Assembly (NCBI GenBank): GCA_964459675.1
Contig: CAYWNP010000004.1
Location: forward strand, 1 to 42,795
Direction of reading: 5' to 3'
Source of the DNA: an uncultured Akkermansia sp.
Lineage (GTDB): Bacteria > Verrucomicrobiota > Kiritimatiellia > RFP12 > UBA1067
DNA: 42,795 bases
Each line of letters starts with the position of its first letter. Positions within the stretch are counted from its first letter, which is position 1. The notes under the pieces were generated by a model, which saw only the letters and a list, made by a program, of their open reading frames with translations, did not search any database and was not told where the DNA came from. Position numbers and translations under genes: made by a program. Below are positions 16,078-24,720 of this stretch, in pieces.

Positions 16078-16716
16078 TCAGTCGTGCCACATTAAGCTAT
16101 TCAACTCTCCTTGAAAGGGCCACTCCGTGGGATCACTGCATAAATTCGCGCGCATCGGATTATTACGGACATATTCCCACTTTTCACTGTAACTTTCGCC
16201 TCTCCTGAGCTGTGTATCCCAGAATGATTTTTGCCAAATGGGTTGCTCGTCAAGACGCGGCCAATGGCGGGACGCCTCTGATTTCCAAAAGTGAACCCAC
16301 CTCTCCAGTGATGGGGCATCAAGGCTATTCGGTGCACAAAAAAGATGGATATGATCTGGCATGAGAACGTAACGCCCAACATGCCATGCGTTTGCCATAT
16401 GCCATGACAACTTCAGAAGGTCATGAACGTCTGGCTTGTTAAAGATGGGCAGCCGGTTGTAGGAACAAACCGTTAAGAATACAATGGGGGAACGGTTGTT
16501 GACCGAAAGAATAGGATGATGAGCAGGTGTTTTTCGAGAAGCCTGAAGGGACGTACTTTGTCGCGCGCCTTCATACACATCGGCCACGACAGAGCGTGGC
16601 CCTCCAAAAGAGGCGCTTTCGCACTGGAGGGACGCGCTCTGTCGCGTCCGTTCACTTGTATCGGCCACGACGGAGCGTGGCCCTCTAGACTCCTTGCCAT
16701 TCAACAGCGCCATCAT
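16078..16716 (-). CDS. REP-associated tyrosine transposase (RAYT; IS200-like Y1 HUH family); true start probably downstream of 16716
   Basis: HUH motif in YVLMPDHIHLFCAP and a catalytic-Tyr region WEYVRNNPMRANL. The first 45 codons of the ATG-initiated ORF are translated REP units. An in-frame GTG at 16578 would give 166 aa. Confidence 0.75.
   Translation of the reverse strand: MMALLNGKESRGPRSVVADTSERTRQSASLQCESASFGGPRSVVADVYEGARQSTSLQASRKTPAHHPILSVNNRSPIVFLTVCSYNRLPIFNKPDVHDLLKLSWHMANAWHVGRYVLMPDHIHLFCAPNSLDAPSLERWVHFWKSEASRHWPRLDEQPIWQKSFWDTQLRRGESYSEKWEYVRNNPMRANLCSDPTEWPFQGELNSLMWHD
16582..16685 (+). repeat. Family-A REP units upstream of, or within the 5' end of, the RAYT ORF (one full, one partial)
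   Basis: 16582-16650 is a full unit with a diverged central segment. 16663-16685 is a partial unit. The period is 81 bp and the orientation matches 15920-16069. Confidence 0.85.
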
Positions 16717-17306
16717 TTCGCAACAGGAGTCTCTTTCTTGACATCCAGCTCCTTGATCGTGATATTCTTGAAGACGAACTGGCCACCCTGGGGCACTTCA
16801 GCTTGCAGGCAGAGATAGCCCGTTGCAGGTTCAATCTTGTCACACGACCAGGCCTTCTCGCCGTTGAACTCAAGCTCGGCAGTCTTGCCTTTGACGGTCA
16901 GCTTGAAATGGTTCCACTCGTCCTTTTTGAAGAGACTTGCGGCTTTGGTCTTGTCCGCGCCGGTAATCGCACCTTCCTGTCCTTTGCGCAGGTTCACCTG
17001 ATGCTTCTTGGGCCAGGCGACTTTTTCCCCTGGCAACTCACACCGAAAATAAATTCCCGAATCCCACATGTTCGTATGGAGCTGCTTCCAATCGCATTCG
17101 AGAACGAAATCCCCATACTGCTTTTCGCTGGCCAGCACCCCATTGCCACTTTTGATGAGGATTGCGCCATCCACAACCTCAGCCTCGCACTTCATGACGT
17201 TCCACCCCTTCAGGGTCTTGCCGTCAAAAAGCGAAACAGCCTCCTGTGCGTTAACAGAACTTCCAAGAATCACCGTCAACAGAATCGGAATGATCAAACA
17301 CTTCAT
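16713..17306 (-). CDS. Secreted DUF1080 (3-keto-disaccharide hydrolase-like, concanavalin-fold) protein
   Basis: Signal peptide MKCLIIPILLTVILGSSVNA. Family pattern LFDGKTLKGWN...YGDFVLECDW...EWNHFKL...GYLCLQAE...FKNITIKEL. Confidence 0.8.
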   Translation of the reverse strand: MKCLIIPILLTVILGSSVNAQEAVSLFDGKTLKGWNVMKCEAEVVDGAILIKSGNGVLASEKQYGDFVLECDWKQLHTNMWDSGIYFRCELPGEKVAWPKKHQVNLRKGQEGAITGADKTKAASLFKKDEWNHFKLTVKGKTAELEFNGEKAWSCDKIEPATGYLCLQAEVPQGGQFVFKNITIKELDVKKETPVAK

Positions 17307-17424
17307 AAGTCTCCCCCTTGTTTAATTAAGATGCGGATAGTTTACTGAAAAGCACAACAAAGCGAAATCTTTTTTGAGGGGCAAAGGGTGGAATATTGAA
17401 AAGATGAAAGAGCAAATATTGCCA

Positions 17425-17475
17425 GGGAGGGACGAGCGTCTGCTCGTCCAAGGCACGCAGACGCGTGCCCCTCCC
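17425..17475. repeat. Nested double-hairpin REP variant
   Basis: GGGAGG [GGACGAGC-GTCT-GCTCGTCC] AA [GGCACGC-AGAC-GCGTGCC] CCTCCC. The outer 6-bp helix encloses two perfect hairpins. Confidence 0.6.
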
Positions 17476-17574
17476 GGAGACTAAATTTCCTGAACAGAAG
17501 CAACACCGTCTTCTGAATTGCGTATGCCTGTGCAGGTCAGGTGGGTTGGCGGACAAGAGTGTCCGCGATCCCAG

Positions 17575-17621
17575 GTGAAAACAAGAAGACCGCAAAGGGA
17601 TGTTCCCTTTACGGTCTTCTT
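17575..17621 (-). terminator. Long hairpin terminator after fusA (bidirectional-looking)
   Basis: GAAGACCGCAAAGGGA-TGT-TCCCTTTACGGTCTTC, 16 bp with one mismatch and extendable by AA/TT. Short U-runs occur on both strands. Confidence 0.55.
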
Positions 17622-17644
17622 TTGTCAGACAATAAGATCTCGCG

Positions 17645-19729
17645 TTAGCGGACCTTACCCTCTTTTTTGCGCTTCTCGATGATCTGTTCCGAGAGTTCAT
17701 AAGGAACGCCTTCGTAGTGTTCGAACACCATGGTGAAGGTTCCACGTCCTTGGGTCATCGTACGGATCGAATTGGAGTAACCGAACATTTCGCCGAGCGG
17801 TACGAAGCCACGAACCAGCTTGGTGCCGGCCTTGTCATCCATACCTTCGACACGTCCACGGCGACCGCAAATCGAACCTGTCGCGGAACCCATGTAATCT
17901 TCGGGAACAGCCACTTCAACACTCATGATCGGCTCGAGGAGCTGAGGATTGCCCTTCAGGAACAAGTTCTTGAAGCATTGACGGGCGCATTCGATAAAGG
18001 CGAATTCGTTCGAGTCCACTTCATGGTAGGAACCGTAGTAAACCGTACACTTGACATCCACAACAGGGAAGCCACCGCACGGTCCACTTTCCATTGCCTT
18101 AATAACGCCCTTCTCAACAGCGGGGAGGTATTCGTTCGGAATCACGCCGCCCTTGACTTCATTGACGAAGGCAAAGCCGTGTCCGGGTTCCTGAGGCTCA
18201 AGGCGCAAGCAAACATGGGCGTACTGACCACGACCACCCGACTGCTTAACATGCTTATATTCGCCTTCGGCTTTATGACGAATGGTTTCACGGTAGGCCA
18301 CTTCAGGTTTACCGACTTCACATTCGACACCAAATTCACGACGGAGACGATCCACAATGATTTCCAAATGAAGTTCGCCCATGCCTGAAATAATGGTCTC
18401 GCCTGTCTCTTGGTCATAGCGAACCAAGAAGGTGGGATCTTCCATGGCCAATGAGTGGAGAGACATGCCAAGCTTTTCATTATCATTGCGCGAGGAGGGA
18501 CGAATGGAAATAGAGATCACAGGTGCTGGGAACTCAATGGACTCCAGCATGATCGGGTTATCCCTACAACAAATCGTATCACCCGTGCGCGTCTTGGTCA
18601 GACCAACGACGGCAACGATATCGCCAGCATAAGCTTCTTCGAGTGCTTCCTGACGGTTGGCATGCATACGGAAGAGACGACCAATACGCGCCTCCTGATC
18701 CAACGTGCTGTTCAGGATCGGATCGCCAATCCTTAAGGTGCCCGAGTAGACACGAATGAAGGTGATCTTACCCATGTGCTTGTCTGAAAGGATCTTGAAG
18801 GCCAATCCTGAGAAAGGTGCATCGTCCTTAGGCTCGCGGCAGAGGTCTGGATTATCCGCAGAGTGAATGGTACCGACATCTTGAGGGGAGGGAAGATAAT
18901 CAACAATACCATCCAACAGGGGCTGGACACCCTTGTTCTTAAAGGCGGTTCCGCAGTAAGCAGGAACCAGCTTACGTGACATGGTGCCAATACGCAACCC
19001 CTTCTTAATTTCATCAACACTCAAGAGCTCGCCACCGAGATATTTCTCCATCAAGGCTTCATCCTGCTCAGCTGCCTTCTCCATCATCTCGATGTGATAT
19101 TTCTTGCACTCGTCAAGAAGGTCTGCCGGAATTTCGCTCTCGATGATTTTAACACCCCTGGAAGCCTCGTCAAAAGTGAGGGTCTTCATGTTCAAGAGAT
19201 CAACCAGACCCTTAAACTCTTCACCCTGTCCGATCGGATAGACCATCAAAACGGGGTTGCCACCCAGCTCAGAACGAATCTCTTCAATAACGCTGAAGAA
19301 GTCTGCGCCGACGCGGTCCATCTTGTTGACCATGCAAAGCTTTGGCACTTCATACTTTTCGCTCTGGCGCCACACTTGCTCGGTCTGAGGTTGCACGCCA
19401 CCCACTGCACAGAAGAGTGCGATCGCGCCATCGAGCACGCGAAGCGAACGTTCCACTTCAGCTGTGAAGTCAACGTGTCCAGGAGTATCAATGAGGCTGA
19501 TCTGGTGATCGCGCCATGTGACGGAGGTAGCAGCGGAGGTAATGGTGATGCCACGCTCCTGCTCCTGAATCATATAGTCCATGGTCGCAGCACCCTCGTG
19601 CACTTCGCCGATTTTGTAGTTTTTACCACAATAGAAAAGGATACGCTCGCTACAGGTTGTCTTGCCCGCATCAATGTGCGCCATGATACCCATGTTACGA
19701 ACTTGATTCAGTGGAACGGTTCTGGCCAT
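17645..19729 (-). CDS. fusA: Translation elongation factor G
   Basis: Full-length EF-G: AHIDAGKTT, DTPGHVDF and NKMD GTPase motifs, plus domains II-V. Confidence 0.95.
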   Translation of the reverse strand: MARTVPLNQVRNMGIMAHIDAGKTTCSERILFYCGKNYKIGEVHEGAATMDYMIQEQERGITITSAATSVTWRDHQISLIDTPGHVDFTAEVERSLRVLDGAIALFCAVGGVQPQTEQVWRQSEKYEVPKLCMVNKMDRVGADFFSVIEEIRSELGGNPVLMVYPIGQGEEFKGLVDLLNMKTLTFDEASRGVKIIESEIPADLLDECKKYHIEMMEKAAEQDEALMEKYLGGELLSVDEIKKGLRIGTMSRKLVPAYCGTAFKNKGVQPLLDGIVDYLPSPQDVGTIHSADNPDLCREPKDDAPFSGLAFKILSDKHMGKITFIRVYSGTLRIGDPILNSTLDQEARIGRLFRMHANRQEALEEAYAGDIVAVVGLTKTRTGDTICCRDNPIMLESIEFPAPVISISIRPSSRNDNEKLGMSLHSLAMEDPTFLVRYDQETGETIISGMGELHLEIIVDRLRREFGVECEVGKPEVAYRETIRHKAEGEYKHVKQSGGRGQYAHVCLRLEPQEPGHGFAFVNEVKGGVIPNEYLPAVEKGVIKAMESGPCGGFPVVDVKCTVYYGSYHEVDSNEFAFIECARQCFKNLFLKGNPQLLEPIMSVEVAVPEDYMGSATGSICGRRGRVEGMDDKAGTKLVRGFVPLGEMFGYSNSIRTMTQGRGTFTMVFEHYEGVPYELSEQIIEKRKKEGKVR

Positions 19730-19853
19730 TTTGGACTCCTTAATTGCCTTCTTTTCCTCTTATAGGAAAAAGAAAAGCGCATAATATAACGCTTATTGCC
19801 TGCGGTTACAATCGCAAAAATTGACTTTTATCACTTTTTTAGCATCCGAAAAG

Positions 19854-20001
19854 CACGAAATCCACGAATGGTAGTGAATATCCAATATCCAACACGGAAT
19901 ATCCAATGTCCAATGGAAGCCCACATTTCCGATGGTTATTGATCATTCCGCCTGTCCACCGTAGGCATCGCGAAGGCGGATATTGATGATTGGATATTCC
20001 A
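19854..20001. repeat. Family-B element, copy 3, with 12-bp perfect inverted repeats
   Basis: cacgaaatccacgaatgg (19854-19871). ggaatatccaat (19896-19907) pairs with attggatattcc (19989-20000). Core ccgcctgtccaccgtaggcatcgcgaaggcgga (19948-19980). Confidence 0.6.
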
Positions 20002-20009
20002 AGCCCACG

Positions 20010-21296
20010 TTATAGGCGACCCCGACAACCCGCCAACCGTCCCATGGCCTGGGTAATACGCGAAATCTCCTCAGAAGAGGTGATAAAAGGGGGCATTGCA
20101 TACAAATAATGGTCAAACGGACGGAGCCAGACGCCTGTCGCGTGCACAAGGGCATGAACCTGTTCAGGGGATGGCATTTCTTCGAGCTCTAAGACGCCAA
20201 TCGCACCCAGAACACGTACAGCTTTGACATTGGGAAGCGAACGATAAGGCTCCAACTGCTCCTTGAGTTCGCGCTCGATACGTAAAACTGCCCCCTGCCA
20301 GTCATAGGATTCCATAAGCCGCATGGAGGCGCAGCCTGCTGCACAGGCAATCGGATTCGCCATATAGGTGGGCCCATGCATAAAGGCCCCCATACTCCCC
20401 GAACAGAGGGTTTCAGCGACATGCTGTGTCGTGATGGCGGCAGCCAGTGAGACGCACCCTCCTGTCAGAATCTTTCCCACCGTCAGGATATCGGGGAGAA
20501 CACCTGCATGCTCGAGAGCGAAGCGCTTTCCTGTTCGTCCAAATCCTGTTGCAATCTCATCGAAAATTAACAAGATCCCCTGCTCGTCGCAGGCTTTGCG
20601 CAACTTTCTTAGGTATTCGGGATGGTAGAACCACATGGCATTGCCGCCCTGGAAAATCGGCTCAACAATCACGGCTGCGATCTTTTCGCCCTGTTGCCCC
20701 AGCAGGAGGCGCATGGACTCAAAATCCGCATCATCCCATGTGGCTCCAAAACGAATTTTGGGTTGTTCTGCAAAAAAATGCTGGGGCAATATCCCCTTAA
20801 AAAGCGTATGCATCCCGTTGGGATCGCTCAGCGCCATGGCGCCTAACGTATCACCATGATACCCCCCTTTAAGAGCAGCCAAGTGGCACCGCTTGGTCTG
20901 TCCACGAGCGACCTGATATTGAACCGCCATCTTGGCCGCGCATTCGACCGCAATCGAGCCAGAGTCTGCAAAAAAGATCTTGTTCAGCCCCTTTGGCAAC
21001 TGTTTCAACAGTGCATTTGCCAATTCAATGGCCGGTTCATGGGTAAAACCTGCAAACATCACATGGCACATGCGTTCCGCCTGTGCCTGGATAGCGGAGA
21101 CGATCTCAGGGGGGTTGTGTCCGTGTGCGGCGCACCACCAGCTCGAGACCGCATCAATCAGCTCTGTTCCGTCTGCAAGCCGAATCTTGGTGCCCTGAGC
21201 AGCGACGGCCATGCTCACAGGAGGTGGAGATGCCATCGAAGCATAAGGATGCCAGACATGTTGACGGTCAAGGGACTGTTTCTCTTCTAACACCAT
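20010..21296 (-). CDS. bioA: Adenosylmethionine-8-amino-7-oxononanoate aminotransferase
   Basis: Class-III aminotransferase with BioA-type N-terminus (HVWHPY..M) and a PLP-Lys region (TVGKILTGG). Confidence 0.9.
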   Translation of the reverse strand: MVLEEKQSLDRQHVWHPYASMASPPPVSMAVAAQGTKIRLADGTELIDAVSSWWCAAHGHNPPEIVSAIQAQAERMCHVMFAGFTHEPAIELANALLKQLPKGLNKIFFADSGSIAVECAAKMAVQYQVARGQTKRCHLAALKGGYHGDTLGAMALSDPNGMHTLFKGILPQHFFAEQPKIRFGATWDDADFESMRLLLGQQGEKIAAVIVEPIFQGGNAMWFYHPEYLRKLRKACDEQGILLIFDEIATGFGRTGKRFALEHAGVLPDILTVGKILTGGCVSLAAAITTQHVAETLCSGSMGAFMHGPTYMANPIACAAGCASMRLMESYDWQGAVLRIERELKEQLEPYRSLPNVKAVRVLGAIGVLELEEMPSPEQVHALVHATGVWLRPFDHYLYAMPPFITSSEEISRITQAMGRLAGCRGRL

Positions 21297-21302
21297 AGTT
21301 CC

Positions 21303-21965
21303 TCACTCAAAAACGGGGGAGAAGTCAATATCTGGGAGCTTCGCGAAGTCCACTTCCGGAATTTTGACAAGCCGATCAGCCCACCGGGCAATCATACGGG
21401 GGGTGTCGCTGGCAATGGATGGATGAGGCGCAGGACATTCGTTGTAAACTACCCCAGCCAAGGGAATGTGGCGTTGCGCGATGGCCTCTAACGAAAGGAT
21501 CGTGTGATTCAAACTGCCGAGTTTGCCAGAGGTGACAAGAATGATAGGCCACTTTTCCTGAGCGACGAGGTCCATGGTCAACAACGACTCAGTCAACGGA
21601 ACGGCCAGACCCCCTGCCCCTTCGACAAGGACAACCTCATAGCGGGTCGCCAGCGTACGCACCGCATCACAGATCACCTCAACATCCACGCTCCGCCCCT
21701 CCAACTGCGCTGAAAGATGCGGCGAGGCAGGGAATTTAAAGATCTGAGGCGCTGTTAAGCCCTCACGATCCTCAGGGAACTCCCTTACGCCCATCATGTC
21801 ACGATGCTTCAGAAGATCCTCTGAAAACCCCTCGTTGCCTGTCTGCACCAACTTCGCGGTAATCACGTTGATACCTTGCTTCAAGAGATAGCGAGCCATG
21901 AGTCCGACCGCAACCGTCTTTCCCGAATCTGTATCAATGCCACTGACAAAATAAACCATGCCCAT
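21303..21965 (-). CDS. bioD: Dethiobiotin synthase
   Basis: P-loop GIDTDSGKT and EGAGG motifs. It lies immediately upstream of bioA on the same strand. Confidence 0.9.
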   Translation of the reverse strand: MGMVYFVSGIDTDSGKTVAVGLMARYLLKQGINVITAKLVQTGNEGFSEDLLKHRDMMGVREFPEDREGLTAPQIFKFPASPHLSAQLEGRSVDVEVICDAVRTLATRYEVVLVEGAGGLAVPLTESLLTMDLVAQEKWPIILVTSGKLGSLNHTILSLEAIAQRHIPLAGVVYNECPAPHPSIASDTPRMIARWADRLVKIPEVDFAKLPDIDFSPVFE

Positions 21966-21992
21966 ACTTCACCTGTTTTTAAAGGTTTAAGT

Positions 21993-22445
21993 ATGGCATA
22001 CGTCGCGCGCCAATGCTATACTAAAAAAATGAACGTTGAGCAAGAAGAGGTGAAGTCTCCCAAGAAAAGCAACGCGAGAAATGTTAAGTTTTTCGCGCTA
22101 CTTTGCCTCTTTTTTCTCGTTTATCTGATTTGGGCTGCAGACAGCGGTAACCTCCCGGATTATGCTGGGTTCCTGTACAATTTCCGCTATGGCGACAAAG
22201 CGGGGCACTTTGTGCTCTATGGCGGGGTTGCCTTCTTTTTGTCTTTGGCCTTTCCGCGCACCTTCAAGGTTTGGCGTTTTCACATCCCTTATGTCGCTGT
22301 TTTCTTCCTCCTCTTTGCGCTGGGCGAGGAGTGGAGTCAGACGTTGTTCCCCCGCCGTACCCCCGACTTCGTAGATGCAACCTGCAGCGCCCTTGGCATC
22401 ATCCTTGGCACCGCGATCGCCGGACACCTCAAGAAACGCTCTTAA
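21993..22445 (+). CDS. VanZ-family membrane protein
   Basis: GDKAGHFVLYGGVAFFL and LGEEWSQ..FP.R..D..D motifs, with 4 TM segments. I prefer ATG 21993 (RBS AAAGG 8 nt upstream) because the listed start at 21876 overlaps bioD. ATG 22028 is also possible. Confidence 0.65.
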   Translation: MAYVARQCYTKKMNVEQEEVKSPKKSNARNVKFFALLCLFFLVYLIWAADSGNLPDYAGFLYNFRYGDKAGHFVLYGGVAFFLSLAFPRTFKVWRFHIPYVAVFFLLFALGEEWSQTLFPRRTPDFVDATCSALGIILGTAIAGHLKKRS

Positions 22446-22509
22446 ATGTGCTTGGCTTGCTCATCGGGTCTTGCTATCTTTTCAACATTACCTTTCAATC
22501 CCTTTATTC

Positions 22510-23577
22510 ATGACTATTAAACACACTGAGCTGATACAACTGGGCTGGAATCCGTGGTTCGAAGAACGAGCGGAGTGCAAGACTGGCGAGACGCTTGCTC
22601 GCGTTGTTGCAGTTGATCGCAACTCGTTGCTAGTCATGGACCACACGGGAGTTTCCCGGGCAAAGCTATCAGGCAGTTATCTTTATCAACAACGCCTTTT
22701 ACAGGAGCTTCCCTGTGTCGGGGATTGGGTCGGGGTCGAAAAGCACGAGGGCGAAGAGATGGGACTCATCCAAACGCTTCTCGAACGAAAGACGGTTTTG
22801 CGCCGCAAAGCTGCGGGGGAGACGAGTGAATATCAACTCATCGCGGCAAATATGGACTATGTCATGATCGTCCAGTCCTGTCTCGGGGATTTCAACCTCA
22901 AGCGGCTCGAACGTTATCTGGTGATGGTGCGAGAGGGCGGGGCGGAGCCCTGCATCCTTCTTGCAAAAACGGATTTGGTCACGCCAGACGTTCTCGCCGC
23001 CCAAGTCGCCGAGATCCAGGCTGCAGGCATAACAGCACCCGTCTACACATTGAGCAACATCACGCTTCAAGGCGTCGAGGAGTTTAATCAGACGCTTCTC
23101 CCGACAAAGACGTATTGCTTTGTAGGCTCATCAGGGGTTGGCAAGAGTACCATCATCAACCAACTGCTCGGACGCGAATTGCTCCTGACCGGGGATCTCA
23201 GCGAGACTGGAGAAGGTATGCACACCACCGTCCGCCGAGAATTAATCATCCTTCAGCAGGGCGCCCTCGTCATTGACAACCCTGGTACGCGCGAGTTCGG
23301 AATTAGCGGAAGCAAAAGCGCGTTACGCGACAGTTTCGCCGATATCACGGCGCTTGCATCGGACTGCCGTTACAGCGATTGCAGTCATACCAATGAGCCG
23401 ATCTGCGCTGTTCGCGAGGCTGTCAACGCAGGTACGATCACGCAAGAGCGTTACGACAATTTTATAAAACTCAGCAGTGAGTCGAAATTTAATCAGATGT
23501 CGTACGCAGAGAAGCGCAAAAAAGATCGCACCTTTGGCAAATTCATCAAATCTGCCAAAAAAGACTTAAACAAATAG
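22510..23577 (+). CDS. rsgA: Ribosome small-subunit-dependent GTPase A
   Basis: Circularly permuted GTPase: AKTD, then GSSGVGKSTIIN, then DNPGTREF. C-terminal Zn motif CRYSDCSHTNEPICAV. ATG 22510 (MTIKHTELIQLGW) is preferred over the listed 22375. Confidence 0.85.
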   Translation: MTIKHTELIQLGWNPWFEERAECKTGETLARVVAVDRNSLLVMDHTGVSRAKLSGSYLYQQRLLQELPCVGDWVGVEKHEGEEMGLIQTLLERKTVLRRKAAGETSEYQLIAANMDYVMIVQSCLGDFNLKRLERYLVMVREGGAEPCILLAKTDLVTPDVLAAQVAEIQAAGITAPVYTLSNITLQGVEEFNQTLLPTKTYCFVGSSGVGKSTIINQLLGRELLLTGDLSETGEGMHTTVRRELIILQQGALVIDNPGTREFGISGSKSALRDSFADITALASDCRYSDCSHTNEPICAVREAVNAGTITQERYDNFIKLSSESKFNQMSYAEKRKKDRTFGKFIKSAKKDLNK

Positions 23578-23646
23578 GAATTGTAATCTCTACACCATAA
23601 TGCTAACGTAAAAGAACGTATTTTAAAGTAATGGAGGTGACAAAAT

Positions 23647-24036
23647 ATGTCTGTAATCAAATGGGTTGACAGTTATAGCGTAGGTGTACCTGTCTTGGAT
23701 GAACAACACAAAAACCTCGTCAGCATGATTAACTCCATGCACGGAACGTATGATCAGGGCGTCATGTTCGACGTGATCATGAAAATGTTCAACTACGCGG
23801 CTGAACACTTTCAGTTTGAGGAATCGCTTTTACGCAAACGTTCTTTCAGTGGACTGGCCAATCAAATTCGTGAACACAAGATGTTCATGCGCAAGGCTAG
23901 CGAGTTCGCCGGGAAAGATCTGTCTGACCCCGTCACGCACACGAAGGTGGTCACGTTCTTAAGTGAATGGCTGGTACACCACATCTTGCATGAGGATATG
24001 CAGTATCGAGAGATCCTCGCGCTATACGAAATCTAG
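23647..24036 (+). CDS. Bacteriohemerythrin-like metal-binding protein
   Basis: W.DSYSVG...DEQH..L start. His/Glu ligand pattern AEHFQFEE, REHKMF, WLVHHILHED. RBS GGAGGTG upstream. Confidence 0.8.
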   Translation: MSVIKWVDSYSVGVPVLDEQHKNLVSMINSMHGTYDQGVMFDVIMKMFNYAAEHFQFEESLLRKRSFSGLANQIREHKMFMRKASEFAGKDLSDPVTHTKVVTFLSEWLVHHILHEDMQYREILALYEI

Positions 24037-24076
24037 GCCGCAAGGACTGATTGCGCATTGAGCCGTCACCCAAACG

Positions 24077-24478
24077 TTACCCCTTCTTCTCGATGATTTC
24101 AAGAAGCTGGAGACTGGACACGACAAGAACGCCTTGAACAGTCTTGTTATAGAGATGACCGAAATGCATACGGTCACTGGTCCAGAGGTGTGTACTGGCG
24201 GATGCGACTGCTGCGGCCAAAATCGGCCTGTCCTTCTCTTCGATTTCAACATCCAAGTGTTCTTGCAAGGCGTGCGTCATTTCTATGCGACTTTTGATCT
24301 TCTCGAGGCCTGGGAGTAAGTGTGGGCGCTTGTTCGCCAGATTCCGTCGCGCCTCTTCCCATGCATGAGGGCTCGTCAAGGCGCACCCCTTTCCCAAAGC
24401 CAAATGAAAAAGCTGATGGGTCGCACTTCGAGTATCCGCCGCAGAAAAGAGGATGTTTGCATCCAGAAAGAGTCTCAC
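24077..24478 (-). CDS. vapC: PIN-domain toxin (VapC-like)
   Basis: (M)RLFLDANILFSAAD N-terminus with conserved acidic residues. The GTG start overlaps the antitoxin stop by 4 nt (GTGA). Confidence 0.75.
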   Translation of the reverse strand: MRLFLDANILFSAADTRSATHQLFHLALGKGCALTSPHAWEEARRNLANKRPHLLPGLEKIKSRIEMTHALQEHLDVEIEEKDRPILAAAVASASTHLWTSDRMHFGHLYNKTVQGVLVVSSLQLLEIIEKKG

Positions 24479-24714
24479 GGCTTACTCCTCTTGGCAAGAC
24501 GCTTGCTAAGCTCAGCATCTGCTACATCAAACTCGGCAATTCGTGAAGCCGTGTACATCTCGACAGGGAAGGCGACCGCTGGCTGGAGAAGCACATCGTT
24601 TTCTCGCACGTTCACCATAACAATCCCACCACCACTGGAAATGCCAAGCATGGCTCGAAGAGACTTGGGCAATGTCATTGTGCCCCTCGGATTGACCTGT
24701 AGTATCGTATTCAT
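24475..24714 (-). CDS. vapB: AbrB/SpoVT-fold antitoxin (VapB-like)
   Basis: 79 aa with the swapped-hairpin motif VNPRGTMTLPKSLRAMLGI...VLLQP. It lies directly upstream of the PIN gene and overlaps it. Confidence 0.7.
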   Translation of the reverse strand: MNTILQVNPRGTMTLPKSLRAMLGISSGGGIVMVNVRENDVLLQPAVAFPVEMYTASRIAEFDVADAELSKRLAKRSKP

Positions 24715-24720
24715 GTTGCA

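Noticed and set aside
15869-16208. Small ORFs (60-81 aa) across the REP array, plus similar ones at 8163-8490, 9711-10028, 12072-12275 and 17326-17745
   Set aside because: Their sequences are translations of palindromic repeats (GRALSRP, WPSKS, PPKGGTPN) and they occur on both strands of the same repeats. The ORFs are repeat-generated, not genes.
15689-17306. tRNA-Thr-adjacent genomic island
   Set aside because: There is no integrase, and I noticed no second copy of the tRNA 3' end by eye. The adjacent genes are a domesticated-type RAYT and a DUF1080 protein rather than island cargo.
17717-19765. Two 223-aa ORFs antisense to fusA
   Set aside because: They are shadow ORFs inside the unambiguous EF-G gene.
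21876-21992. Over-extended 5' ends in the ORF track (21876, 22375, 31848, 34623, 37104, 41644, 12397, 28391)
   Set aside because: The extensions overlap upstream genes or use non-ATG codons. Internal ATGs coincide with signal peptides, conserved family N-termini or RBS motifs, so the shorter models were used.
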